Of a stretch of DNA of 64,000 bases, positions 25,654 to 40,683 are shown piece after piece. The DNA is taken from assembly GCF_000315625.1 (NCBI RefSeq), contig NW_005434672.1, positions 775,374 to 839,373 on the forward strand. The letters run 5' to 3'. A program made the position numbers and the translations under genes. The stretch's first letter is position 1; each line of letters starts with the position of its first letter. Origin of the DNA: Guillardia theta CCMP2712. Taxonomy: Eukaryota > Protista > Cryptophyta. The notes below the pieces were generated by a model. It saw only the letters and a program-made list of their open reading frames with translations. It searched no databases and had not been told where the DNA came from.

Positions 25654-25893
25654 AGTCTGGAGTCTCTGAACTTTGAGACTTCAACTTGATTGTCATCTAT
25701 AAAGCTGTTGATTCATCTAACTAAAACTCCAACATCGCAGATTTCACAAGAAGCAGCTCTCCCTCTCACAATCATAGACCTGTTCCCTACATGTCGCACC
25801 TTGTCGAGTCATTCTGATTTGTCCATCTTATTACAACAAATCTCAGGTTGAAAACCTCGATACGTCGAAGCTACTCAGACCAACATCACTACT

Positions 25894-28499
25894 TCATGTC
25901 TCACGATACTTCCAGATCCTCGCCCTCTTGTCCCCTGCGCATCCTCGTCATCACACATGCATCTCACCCCCCCTCACTCCCCCCCCCTTCCTTCGTCTCT
26001 CCACTACCTTCCCCTCCTCCCCCTCCGCTCACCGCTGCCTGTAGCGAACACAAACGACGACGGTGAGTGAGCCACCGAGATCACTGAGTTCAAGTGTCCC
26101 TGCAGGATGAGCACAGGCCCTTCGTCCTGGCTCACCTGCCCTCCTGCCACGATCCTCCGCGGGTCCCAGAACTGCACCGATCGATCCTGCCCACCACTCG
26201 TCACCCCTCCCCTCTCCCATTCTCCTCCCCCCCCCCCCCGCCTCTCCCTCATCCCCTGCTCCCCTGCTCCGTTTCCCCCTCTCCTCCCCCTCCCCCTCCT
26301 CCCTCACTGACCTTGGACCCGGAGATCAGCCACGATCCTTTCATCGCAAACACAACCGATAGCACAAAGTCCTTGTGCCCTTGGAACGTGTGCTTGCACT
26401 TGGACATCACCGTCCGGTTCCCGGTTGCCGAAAGGTCCCACAGCTGCACCGCCCCTGGTCCTCAGCATCCTCGACCTCCTCTCTCTCCCTCTCTCACCTT
26501 CAAGGTCTTGTCCAGCGACCCCGAGGCCAGGTACTTCACATCCGGCGAGAACGACACCGAGTACACCGAGTCGTTGTGCCCGTCGAACTTGTCAATCAGC
26601 TTGCCCGTCTTGATGTCCCACAGCCTGCCCGTAACCCCTCACTCCTCCTCCTCCTCCTTCCCCTCTGCCTCCTCCTACCTCACGAGCCGGTCTAGCGACC
26701 CCGCCGCGATGTACCGGCAGTCCGGGCTGACCGCCACAGACGTCACTCCGTCCTTCGGCCCGTCGTCGTCCCCAAACGTCAGGATGCACTCTCCTGAAGC
26801 CACGTCCCACAGCTTGGCTCGCTTGTCTCCGCTTCCTGACACGATGTAGCGCCCGTCTGCCCCTCCCCCGTCAGTTCAATCTTGACCCCCCTCCTTCCTC
26901 TCCCCTCCCCCTCTCCTTCCTGCCCCTCCTCCTCCCCTGCCTCCCTTGTCCCCCTCCTCCTCTCCCTCCTGTCTCGACCTGATGAGTAGTCCACCGAGTA
27001 GATGTCCTTCGAGTGTCCCTGCAGCGAGTGGCGAAGCCTCCTCCCTTGTATGTCCCACACCTGCCCTCACACGCCCCCGCTACCCGTCAGACTATCCCTC
27101 CCCCTCCCCGGATCCTCTCTCTCTCACCTTGATCGTCTTGTCCTCCGCCCCTGCTACCAAGTATCGGCTGTCCGGGCTGAAGCACACCGATCGCACGTAC
27201 GAGTCTGTCACAAGTGCCTCCGTCATCCCCCTCTCCCTCCTCCCCTCCTCCTCGCCTCCTCCCCTACCTCCGCACGTCAGGTTGTCCAGCGCCACCTGGC
27301 TGTCCAGTACGCCCTCGTTGCTAAACATCCCCAGGCGCTTGCCCGTCTCTGCTTCGTACAGTACCGCCGTCTTGTTGCATCCTGTCGCCACGTACCTGCC
27401 CCAACCCCCTCTCACTCCCTCTCACTCCTCTCCCTTCCCTCCTCTGCGTACCGTCCGTCGTTGCTGAAGCGCACACAGCATACCTTCGGACCCATGCTCG
27501 TCAGCCTCCTTCCCCTCCTCCTCCTCCTCCTCCACCTCCTCCTCCTCCTCCTCTTTGCCCCCTCTCTCTCCTCCCCCTCCCCCCGTCGCGTCACCCTCTT
27601 CTCCGCCTCCCGGTCGTTGAACCCCACCCTCCCTCATCTCGGAGCTGGGTAGTCGTGCTCCAGCGTGTGACACAGCTCGATGTGCATCTTGCTCGTGGCA
27701 TTCGGATTGTGCACAACCTGCTCAGCCACGTCATCAACCAGCTCACACAGACATCACGAGAGCTGCAAGTACATTCCAGTCGTCGAGCTGACGGCCTTTG
27801 GAGTCCACTGCCTTCGAAGGTTCACCCGCAGACGCTACATGAAACTTCAGGAGAAGGATCATTCATGAAAATCAGATCCATTACTATTTGTTGCGTTTGC
27901 CATTGGGGTATCCCCCATGATCTGGCTATTGGGAATAGCATCGGCCAATGCAGAATGCGCTAGCCACTACAGTCAACGCAGCAAGGGAATTAGGAGCATT
28001 CTTGTGAACACCTGCCGCTGTGCCGAAGCAGCTGGGTAGAGCTGACGATTGGGTCCCTTCAACCTTGGAAGCAACACTCGGCATTCCAGCTCCATCCTTC
28101 CTCGGTTGAACAACTCCACCAGCAGATTCAATCTGCCTCTTTAGCCATTTGATTTCGTCCTCATACTGCAAATGCATCAGTGGCCGAAGTCGAGGACAAT
28201 ATGGAAAGTCGGCACCGTGTTCTTCATTTGGCGATGCTGGCGTTCGAGTTCAGTCAAGGTTTGCGTCATCATATTCAATTCAGCAATCTGAGATTCCACT
28301 GCATCCACGAGCATCAATCAGCATCGTCGGGCACGAGCTCAGCAATCAGCCAATACGTACATTTGCGTTCAAAATCCTCCTTCTGAGCCTTCAACAAGGT
28401 GGATTCTTGACCGAGAGCATCATACTCCGACTTCAACTGCTCCAGGAGGTCCGGTATTCGAGTGCTCGCGCCAGATCGAGCTGCTTGAGTCCCGTACAT
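25894..28499 (-). CDS. TUP1: TUP1-like WD40 transcriptional corepressor, copy B
   Basis: MYGTQ...RIPDLLEQLKSEYDAL; VCCVRFSNDG; YVATGCNKTA; DSYVRSVCFSPDSRYLVAGAEDKTIK; GHKDFVLSV; ends ARIWKYRET*. Confidence 0.88.
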
Positions 28500-29897
28500 C
28501 TTCGAGTCTCGGTTGCCCTTTTTGTCCCTGTCCGTCTGTCTGACGATCTCCACAAAGTTGAGGACAGGGGCAGTGGGCTGGGAATTGATCCTTTTAATTT
28601 TTGAAAATCTTCAAGTCCTGCCAGAATGGCGATTTTGACCCCTCAACGCACCAAAACGCTCCTCCCTGGTGATAATACGTCAGTTGATGCAAAGAAAACG
28701 CCCCTCAGTCCTGACTTTTTCGGATTTGCAAACAACAAGCCACACAGTAATGCATTTGCTACAGGAGAAATTTGAGATTGACTTTCGAGATGAGTTGACC
28801 GTCATAAACCATGTCAACAAGTGACTTTCATCCTTTCATTACTCCCTTTCAACAGACACTAGCAGCACCTGAACCTGGTGCAGTTACCCTACTCAACCCC
28901 TTCCGTCTCCAGCGTCCAGCTACTCCCTCTCTGCTACGCGCTCCTGGTTTTTCTATACAAACATGCTCTTTCAACCTGGTGTGGACATGCATACTTCTCC
29001 ATGATCCTCTCGTTATAGTTGGCAATGGCTTTGCCACCTCACATGCCCACATTTCCCGACTCTGCAATGTGATCTCTGTTTCCCTCTTGATCTTCTGCAT
29101 TATCCTTCGTTGCACTCCAAACTCCAACTTGTTCTTCCTCTTACTCGTTCTCTGAATCCCTGCGGCCCTGACCGTTCTCTCGTTGTATCCATCGAAACCC
29201 ACTTCAATGACATGGTGCTCATGCTCATGCTTTTCCTCCTCCTGCTGCTCCTGCTGCTCCTCCTACTGCTCCTCCTACTGCTGTTCCTATTTATCCATCA
29301 TCTCATCCCCATAATGCTGACCCTGATCCTGACGCCTCCTTCCTCCTTCAAGGCCATTCCCTCCCGCCTCTTGCCCATCCCGTCGTCCTCGCTGTGCAAT
29401 GTTTTACTTATTAATTTGACCCCACCCTCATCAGTGTCGTGATCCCATTACACCTCACCCTACCCTACCACATCTCTTGCCACCACCCTCATAACATCTG
29501 GATGATCAAGAATCCACCCCACCATAGAAATACCTGTAAAATACCCACCAAATTTCCCGGTCAACTACCCCAGTCTCTACGATCACCCCATGAATCTCTA
29601 GGACTACCCAGCTCATGACACACGGACCCATGTGTTCCGTGAGAAAAGGACTCAAGGCAGGGTGGGTAGTTTGACGAGATTGGGGGTGTATAGCTGGTAA
29701 AATGGACCGGTGGGGGTGGTTGGGGTTGTATGAGGTGCTGACCCATCAATCACTGGGGTGGGGTACCTAAGTACCCGGTAATAATACTTGATTTGGTAGG
29801 GTACTCGGTAGCAAATGTACCCTTCCTGGTATATGTAGGGGTGGTATGTTGCAATTTAGCCAGGGCACAGGGGGTACCGGTTAGGTAACTGTTCAAG

Positions 29898-29939
29898 CCT
29901 GATTGTCCTCGTACTGATGTTAACTTAACTTTGAGTAAA
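29898..29939 (+). repeat. Dispersed ~43-bp non-coding element, copy 1
   Basis: cctgattgtcctcgtactgatgttaacttaactttgagtaaa is nearly the reverse complement of 43277-43319. Confidence 0.85.
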
Positions 29940-30210
29940 GAAGTTCAAGATCACCATCATTCCGATCAGATCCGAGCCGTGGTTCCGGTCCTGTTGCCAG
30001 CCTGATCAGTGAGGCCGAGCGGCGGCGGCCCGGCTCCCCGGCAGTCAGACTCCGCCGATCATTGATGATATGATAGTCAGGCTAAACCGGGCCCGGTACC
30101 GGGCCCAGGGCCGCTGTGGCCACTGCGTCACGGGAAATCTTCAAGGCAGGCTTTATGACATGAGGGTGTCAAAGTATCGGAGTGCTCAGCGGACCTTGCT
30201 GTCTCTACTA

Positions 30211-32970
30211 TCATCCCAACTCCAGCTGTTCCAAGGCAGCTAGAGCATTGCCATGCAGCGACGGGACAGGCGAAGGAACATAATGCCGCAAGATCTCAGC
30301 TGCTCCTAAACGGATAAACTCCGCCCTGTTCTCTGCACACTTCATCGACAAGTTGCAGATGGCACCAGCCACAGGGGAAAGCACCTCTGGAACCTGGTAG
30401 GAGTCACTCAACAAGTCCTTCAGTCAGATAAAGCACCTGAGAGGTTGAGAGCAGGTGAACAAGGACCGGCAGAGCCCCCCTTTCTCTCGCCTCCTTCTTG
30501 TTCGCCTCGTGGTTTGCACAAACATTGCAAATTGCACACGAAGAAAGACGTTGAACTGAAAGATCCTGCGAGCCAAAATCGTTAGATCAGCCAAGAGCCC
30601 ATCCGGCAGAAGTAGCTACCGGCGATCTCAACATCTTAACAAGGGGGAGGATGGCTCCATGCTCGGAAATCAGCTTCTTGTTGTTGTCGTTGCGAATTGA
30701 GCACTCGGACAGCGCTCCAGCCGACTAAAAAGCTCCTCGTGAGACAACAAGACAGTGACGAAGGAATTTGGACCTGAGATTGTGCAAATGTATCCGGCGC
30801 ATATAACAAGGTGATGAGATGTGGTATTGCCCCAGCATCAGCCACTCGCTGCTTGTTCATGTCGTTGTCCACACACAAAGACCACAGCGCTCCAGCAGCC
30901 TGGGCGGCAGCTGCTTGGTTGTCCGATTTCAACACATCAACCAACACTTCCAAAGCTCCAGATGTTGCAATGATCTGACCAGATATGTAAGGCAATCTCC
31001 CCAAGAAACTAGATGTTTGAAATCACCTCTTTCGAGTTCATATTCGCAGCAAGGTTGCATAAGCATGCAGCAGCTGCTGACTGCATGAAAGGTACTTCGG
31101 GCGATCTGTTTCAAGAAAGAATGCGTGAGAGACTTCCACAGGTGGGACAGCCCTTACGGGTTCTTGAGCATATCGATAAGCGAAGGAAGTCCACCAGCCT
31201 GCACAACGAGCTCCCTATTCGGATCTGTCTCTGAACATATATTACACAGCGCTGCTGCTGCCTTCGCTTTCTCTGCAATTGCAGCCGTCAAATGCAGAAA
31301 ACAACAGGTTGCATAGGAAGAAGTATGTCATACCAGTGGCATCTGGAGAATTCAGCATCATCATGAGGCCCTCAATGACACCGGCTGGTGGAATGCCCTT
31401 GTACAAGGAACCATCATCATCACCAAGATCATCATCATCACCCTGGAATTATTTCAGCATTTGGCAGTCATTCAGAAACAAGAAGTGAGTCAATAAGGCA
31501 CTGAAAAACGTCAAACGGGCTGTACCTCATCATTGTAAGATTCCTCTTTTTCGTCAAAGTTTTCTTCTCTCTCAGCAGTGTCTTGGTTTGTCTCCTACAG
31601 ATCCACAACATCAGGCATCTCAAGCAAAATTAGCAAGACCAACCTGGACCTCAACCGATTCCTCCGCTTCACTAACAGGCGCTGGCTTAATTGCAGTCTT
31701 GTTTACATGCTGAGGGACTGGCTCTTTCTTAGGAGGCTGTGCCTCACTCTGACCACCTCCACCCATGGCCGTCCTGAGCTGATTCTCGTTGCTGAACTGA
31801 TTCATGTAGTTCATCACATCTGAGGTGACAACCAGAGTGCGGCGAGTTGCCGTTGCAAGTTGGGGGGCAAATTTGACTTCCCATCTGTTGCAAAAGGAAG
31901 CCCCATCAACCATAACAGTAGCAATTACCATCGAATCCTTACTTGCGCTGACGATGCTCCTCGCTCTCCTTAGTGTCCTCCTTCTTTCCCAGAGACGGTA
32001 CCTAACGTGTCACTTCAGTGCCACTTCAAGTCGTAGGAAGCAAGTCACAACCGTCGGCACATAGGAGCCGCCAGGCTTCACATCCCACTTATACTTTCTG
32101 TTTGCATGAGAGTCGTCCGACGAAGCCCCACCTTTTGGAAGCGGAGAAATTGCCGGTTTCTTCGACGAAAGTGTCACCATAGTGAAACACTCGCAACACA
32201 AATTACGGTTTCAATGCTAATCTGAGATATATCCGGCCTTCCGATGCATGGTCCATTGTAATCAGATACAAACCATGCTTGTTTCCCCAACGCTAGAATG
32301 CAGATAACGACCTGGATACCCTTTACAAAAAGGGAGATGAGGGGTGAAGCGTTTGACCTGCTTCATGTTCTTTGCTTCGTACAGGTCGTCTGCTGCAAAA
32401 TTATTGATATCCTTGACGCCAAGTGTTCTAACCTGTGAAATCATCGATCAATCAAAAAGAATGTGAAAAAGCAAAAATACAGCATCGCTGAAAGATTGGA
32501 TGTTCTCTCTTTGTGCAAAGGGCATTTCAGAGGAGTTGATTTTCTTCACAGCCTTCGGACTTATTCTATTGACCTTGAGGACAAGAAGTCATTGTGTCGT
32601 CATTATCGAACTGGAAACATACCAATTCACAAAGAACCTTGCCGGACTTTAAAGCCGGTTGAAGGTTAGTAGGGTCTAGCTCTACTCCAAGCAATTCATG
32701 AATCCAAGCACACACTTGTTCAACTTCTGAGCCCTGGGTTCAAGTACATGCCTCAGTGCACTCTCAAGTGACACAGACGCGATCGATTACATTGTATCTT
32801 CCCTCATATGCCCCCGTGGATGGCGCTTTCGAGGGAGTCCCTGAGCCCGCATCGCTTCCATTTATCTGCATGGCTGTGTCATGCTTGCGAATCAACATGA
32901 TATAGATCTTCACATTGAGGGATGATAGTCCTTGATCAATAGAAGCGGATTGACTATCCATATTCTGCAT
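30211..32970 (-). CDS. Calponin-homology (calponin/transgelin-type) domain plus C-terminal armadillo repeats
   Basis: LKSGKVLCEL, KINSSEMPFAQRENIQSF, TLGVKDINNFAADDLYEAKNMKQV; ARM repeats AAGALWSLCVDNDMNKQRVADAGAIPHLITLL and VAGAICNLSMK. 5' end uncertain. Confidence 0.8.
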
Positions 32971-34264
32971 GGCCTTCTGTTGCTTCAGGAATCGCTCGGT
33001 GCTGGAGTATTTGACAAACTGATTTGATTTCCGCCGTTTCTAATCAAATCCGAAGTAACCCAGCAATCTGTACCACAAGAGGTGAGCAGGACATGATGAG
33101 ATTAAGTCATATGTCCGGGCACACCCATCAAAAGTTTCTACACACGACGATTCACTGTATGCATTCGCTCAACATAACACCAAAGCCAAGCCAAGCAATA
33201 GGAGCAAAGCATGATTATATTTGTGTTATTTCTACTCTATACCTCTGCAGATCAATCAACATGGCAATCTATTCGAATTTTTATCCTTCATGTTACCGTG
33301 GATTTTCAAAAAAATCCTCTGTCCATCCGAGAGTTTCAGACCTACTGCAACTTTGACGAATTATCCAAGACTAATGTATCTAAACAGCATGACTGCATGT
33401 AATAACATAAATCCAGCACAACAGACCTCGTCATTGATCTCCCACAACCTTCAACACTCTGCCAAATTTTTGAATATCCTTCACCAGGTGTTCGATTCCA
33501 GTACCATTCACCGGGATGCCTCCACATACTCACAAACTTCTTCTTCTCCACATCAGTGTTTTCATCATTCTGTCTCTTGTTCCTGCCTCGCCGCCCTCGT
33601 ATCTCCTCCTTCCATCCCCTCTCGCCACCTTCTATCCTCCGCTGTCTCGCGCGCCATGTTGGCAGCTACGGTGTAGGGTTCCTAGGACCCTCCTAGTGGA
33701 AGAAGTCCATGGATTCATACAACCAAACCTATAAGGGTCCTAATACCGTATATCATAGTCTATGGTCTTAGTAAACGCAAGCATTCTAATAAAACCCACT
33801 GCTAGCACCAATCCATTAGTGAGGTACTAGTATGCCTACAACCCTCCTAAGGCCCCTATCTGAGTTCAATAAAAATGAATTTGTATCACAGGTGGAGGGT
33901 GGGTACTCAAGGGTAGGGTAGTATTGTCATACTCATCAGAGGGAAAGGAGGGGTAGGTTCCGAGGGCAGACACCTCCGAGCCTGGGTTGATAGAGCTGTG
34001 AGGGGGGGTACTCGGAATGGAAAGATATCATTTTTAATTTCCTGTAATTGATATTTGGAATTTTCATGAAGGAAATTCGAAATTACTCTATATTTGCCTT
34101 GTCCAGTGAAATTCAAAATTTGAGTCCCTGTCTTGTAGGGTTTGAAATTAAGTATGTTTATTTTAAATGATGATTTTTGAAACACGGGGAGCCCACGACA
34201 GCCCGGGGCCCGGAACAACTTTCCTAGTCACTGATGATGCCGCCATGAACTAGACTAGCATGCG

Positions 34265-35559
34265 ATGGTATGGCAGGGACATGGCTACGACGAGGATGCA
34301 CCTAGCGCTCTCATGTCTTCCTTCATCCAGGTCGACTTCGGCTCCATGAGCTGATCTCAGTCAGTCGGCGAGTCGATGCTGTCCCACAAGAACCGAGAGG
34401 ATGCGCTGCTGGGGGGTCCCAGGTAAGGCGAGCGAGCTCCTGAGGCCCAAGTTGATGGCCTGTGCCCAGCAGCTCTTACCTCATCGGATGCCTGCTCGTT
34501 GCCTTCATCGTTGCCCTGTGTGTCTGGACTTTCATCATTCATTGGATCATTGTGTTCCCGGAGCTGCTCGAGGTGAGTGCGGGAAAGGTTTTCATCTGCG
34601 TGCTCAATCGCAATATCGCAAGCTGGGAGTGGTGCCCGCGGTCTCCATCACTGGATTTCACCATTTTCTGCACGGGTATGTTGCCTTCTGCGAAGCTTTC
34701 TTCCTCGTGTTCTGCTATCCTGTGAGTTTTTTCCTTCACAGCTGCCTCCTGTTCAGCCTCTACAAGGCCGTAATGACGGATCCAGGCTACGTCAAGATCC
34801 CCGGAGCAGCCAGGAGGTGAAGGAGGATGAAACTTCTTGTTTCATCGAGCCTGCAACGATGATGAGGTGGCTGATGTGGCTGCTGCAGCGCGGAGAGGGA
34901 GGCATTCCAACCCGACTTCTGCTCCAAGTGCTTGGCTTCTCGCCCGCAGCGAGCACATCACTGCAGCACGTGCAACCGATGTGTGAGGAAGATGGACCAT
35001 GTAACGAGCTGTGATTGCCGCACAGCAGCATCTGACACCCTCTCTTGCCCCACGCCCTCCCCACAGCACTGTCTGTTCGTCAACAACTGCGTCGGCCAGG
35101 GCAACTACAAGTTTTTCCTCCTCCTCCTTTTCTACACTATCGTAGGAGGGGCGTACAACGCGTTCTGCGACTATGTCTGTATCGTGTGGGCCCATGGGTC
35201 CATGGACGAGTTCTCGAGGAACATGGCGTTGGCGAACGCGGTTGCGATCTGCATGATTTCCTTCATCCTCCTTCCCCTTTTCCTGATCCACATGTACTTG
35301 ATTTCTCGTGACACGACAACCATCGAGGCTCTCAAGGGCGAGACCGGGAAGTACAACAATGGCAACACGCTGAGAAACTTCAAGAAGGTCCCACCCCCTC
35401 CCCCTCCTCCCCATCCCTCCCTGCCTTCCTCCTCCACCTCCCACCTCCTGCATGTGATTGACTGGCTGACGTCAGGTGTTCGGGAACATGCTATGGATGT
35501 GGCTCTCGCCCTTTCACCCTCCCTCTTTGGAATCTGTAGATCTCTTCTCATCCTTATAA
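34265..35559 (+). CDS. DHHC palmitoyltransferase
   Basis: RPQRAHHCSTCNRCVRKMDH|HCLFVNNCVGQGNYKFF (DHHC split by an intron), TDPG, TTIE, four TM segments. Confidence 0.92.
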
Positions 35560-35584
35560 TGTGACTGCATACATTTCCCCAAGC

Positions 35585-37279
<1,695 letters not shown>

Positions 37280-37946
37280 CGTGGTAGGAGCAGGGCCGAA
37301 ACGAAAGTTACGGCGATGGCGTAGAAGGTGGCGAAAGAGGGAACGCGGCGTGCGGAGTCGGAGAAGGAGAGAGGCAAGTTGACAGGAGAGCAGGAGAGAG
37401 AGAGAGGCAGGGATGCTCGTGGTAAGAGGCGGGTGGGCTGAGCAGGGTCTTGGAGCAGGGAAGAGTTGGCGGCGGGAGAGGAGAGCGGGCAGGAGATTGA
37501 ATTCGGGCAGGTTGGTTTTTGATTTTCAAGTTTGAGGGTATATATAGAGGGCGAGTCGCCGCTCCGAGGGGCCGAGTGCGGCAGTGCGGCAGCAGTCACT
37601 TAGTGCCGGTCGGCCCGGCAGTCCGATCCGATCATCGGACTCACCGGCGGTGCTCAGCCTGCAGTGCAGGCTCGACAGTCCAGTGCAGTGCAGCCTGAGA
37701 GGTAGTCGCCTCAGTGGGGACCGTGACTCTCTCGCTGGTCGGGCGATGGAGCCGCGCGTGGCACGCCGAGGAGGGCCGCTCAGTGGGACTCCGGAGGCCC
37801 GCCGGCCCGGGATGGGAGCCTCGGAGACCCGCCAGCCTCCGGGGCAGGCTTCGCCGGGGAGAGGAGATGCGGACGGACCGTTGGTCAGGACTACAAAGCC
37901 GAGGTCAGAGGCGAGGGGATGACTCTAAGTGCTCATTTATAGCATG

Positions 37947-39670
37947 TCAACGAGACTCGGCGACGGTGAAGCAGCCTGGCAGTGCTGCTAGCTGCTTAAT
38001 CCAGGACAGCCCCGTCCTGCTCCATAGGTCAGAAGAGACGCCCCGGGCTACCACAGGGTCCTCGTTACCTCAACGCCGCAGTCCGCGATCACAACCTTGG
38101 CAGCCGTCTTGCCGCTGGAGGATCCCACAGCCTCGATGGCTTTCACTACCTCCATACCATCCTCGACCTCGCCGAAGACGACGTGCTTGCCGTCCAGGAA
38201 GGGCTAATGCATGGTGTCAGACCCAGCAGCCAGTGGGCCCTGCCCTTACCGTTGGGACGGTGCAGATGAAGAATTGAGAGCCGTTGGTGTTGGGACCAGC
38301 GTTGGCCATGGACAGGATCTGACAGAATTGTGAGAACATCGGTGCAGCTCCAATACTCCACCTCTCCACTCCTCCTTCGCTTCTCCTACTACTTCTCTCC
38401 TCTAAATTTGCTTCTCCTTCTTACTATCGTTCACTTCTGTTTTCGCCTCTCCTTCTCCTCTCCTTCTCCTTCTCCTCTCCTCTCCTCTCCTCTCCTCTCC
38501 TCTCCTCTCCTCTCCTCTCCTCTCATCTTCGTTCAAACCCTCCCTCCCTCTCTTCCTCGCACTCACTCCTGCTTTGTCGTGCTTGAGGTCGAAGTTCTCG
38601 TCGGCAAAAGTCTTGCCATAGATCGATCGTCCGCCCGTGCCATCCCCATTCGTGAAGTCTCCTCCTTGGCACATGAACCCTGGGATCACCTGCTCTGTCG
38701 TCACTCCTCCCATCCCTCCCTCGTCTCCTCTTCTCCTCTCATACCCTGTGGAAGGTGCAGCCCTTGTAGCCGTACCCCTCCTCCCCAGAGCAGAGCTTCC
38801 TGAAGTTCTCAACCTGCAGCACGAACAAGGCTGTCAGAACAGGAACACAGCTCGAAGCCTGACGCCTCCTATCGCACCGTCTTGGGCGCAGCGTCCTTTC
38901 TTAGCTCGATCTTGATTCTTCCAGCCTTCTCTCCTCCGATCTGTGGAGAGCCTCTCATATCTAGCCCGATCTTGGCTAAGGCTTCGTTACCTCGATGTCG
39001 AACCAGACTCGAGGGTTGTAAACAGCCTCCACACCTCCCCTCGCAAACGTCAGCTCAAGTTCCTGCAGGGCTGCTGTCAAACTAGCATCCCCATCAAGAC
39101 TAGGGCCAACCTTGGCGGGGTTCTCAGCGATCATGGCAAAGGCTTCATCGAAGGACTTTCCGAGGCAGCTCTCCCCATTTACACTGTTTGACCGGTGAGG
39201 TGGGCAAGTGTGCGAAGAATTCCTACCGCAGCAAGTAATCACGGATAGAGATCTTGTTCTCGAGGTTGAAAAGGTTTGCCTGGTCTGCGCTAGCCTGTCG
39301 AAGGATTAAGAAGAGAAGGAACGAGCTTTTGCAAGACCTTGTCGATCTTCTTGACGAGGATCCCCTTGGCCTGAGAGTCGTTCTCTTCAAAGACTAACCC
39401 CATCGGCTTCTTCATGGTCACGGTGTAGGCCTCAAAGCGGGAGTCAAAGGCAGCCCTCGCCTTCGCCTTTCGCTTCTGCTCCAGCAACTTGAGGGCCTCG
39501 GCTGCATTGCGCGCCTGCTGCATCGAAGTGGAGAACACACCGCACCGAGCCCTTGGTCTGGCGATGCTCTTCAAGGGGCGGCTCGGAGAAGCAAGGTTGA
39601 AAGTTGGTGACCATGCCGATGCCGAAGCAGCCAAGCTCGCTAGAAGGATGACGACGTCTCTCCGGATCAT
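37947..39670 (-). CDS. Plastid-targeted-type PDZ-like domain plus cyclophilin PPIase fusion
   Basis: Signal peptide ending ASA|W; [10 protein letters not shown]...[15 protein letters not shown] (PDZ-like); VWFDIE, FHR|[38 protein letters not shown]. 3' end approximate. Confidence 0.85.
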
Positions 39671-40683
39671 CTACAACTCCACCATCAGTTGTCACCCTGA
39701 ATCTCAGTACGCAGAAAACTTGTAACGATGCAGATTGAATTCGAAAATTTCAGAGCTCGCTGTTCGCTTCGTGTCTACCTTCTGTCACAGCAAGCATCGC
39801 ATCCACATAAACACCTCCATGGCATCCTCTTTTCCCGCCCATGCTCGCTATCTAACGCCTCGTCCTCTTTCGCATGTGGCGCCTTTATATGTTTATGGGC
39901 CCGCCTCTCTACAGCTGAAGAGCCCCAGTAACTGAGCCGCCTAATAATCGTACGGTACTCCCGGGGGCAGACGGTCTGGCCGGCAGTTTTCAGCGAAGTT
40001 CCGAAGTTTCCGGATCACGAAGTTCCGCTAGAATCCGATGGCATCGGACAGATTCACTTTAGAGTTAGGGGCGTTGACTCGATGATCACGGGTTAGTAGT
40101 CGGCCGGGGGCCGCCACAGTGAGTCACTGGCTTGAACGGCCGCGGCCCGGCCCGGCCGGGGCCGCGCGCTGCCGGGCAGGCAGTGCCGCGCAGTGCGGCA
40201 ACCGTTGACTCTGAACCGTTCAACGGTTGGCAAGTTGGTGGACCGGGCCCTCATGCGGCGGCTCGGAATGCATCGTTTATAGACAGTTCAATCACGGTGA
40301 TATAATCATGTTGAATCATGTTGAAGCTCGGATAGGCGAAGCCTCCGAGAGGAAGTCGGATTGTGCGTAGCCAGTAGTGTTTGTATAGAAATATATCTTT
40401 CAGAATCTCGCCCCAGGCTTGATTCCGGGGCCGAGTGACCGAGCAGTTAGAGCGTGAAGGCGGATGACGTCATCATATCCAAGATCATGCCGCTGTGCTG
40501 CTGAAGAGTCACGGACTCGGGGCGAGTCACTCGTAACTTCAGCATCGCAAACTTCGCGTCTGCGTTCTCGTTCTCATCGCTCAACGACAAGATCAAGCGG
40601 TCCGTTGGCATCTCAAACTACCAGGAAACCTCATCCCTCATCCCACAGCAAACTTCCGCGGCGCAAGCGACCTTTACACCATC

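Noticed and set aside
24248-25696. Long poly-X ORFs
   Set aside because: Artefacts of N gaps.
28811-29442. Short ORFs with poly-Leu
   Set aside because: Low-complexity sequence with no recognisable domain or splice model.
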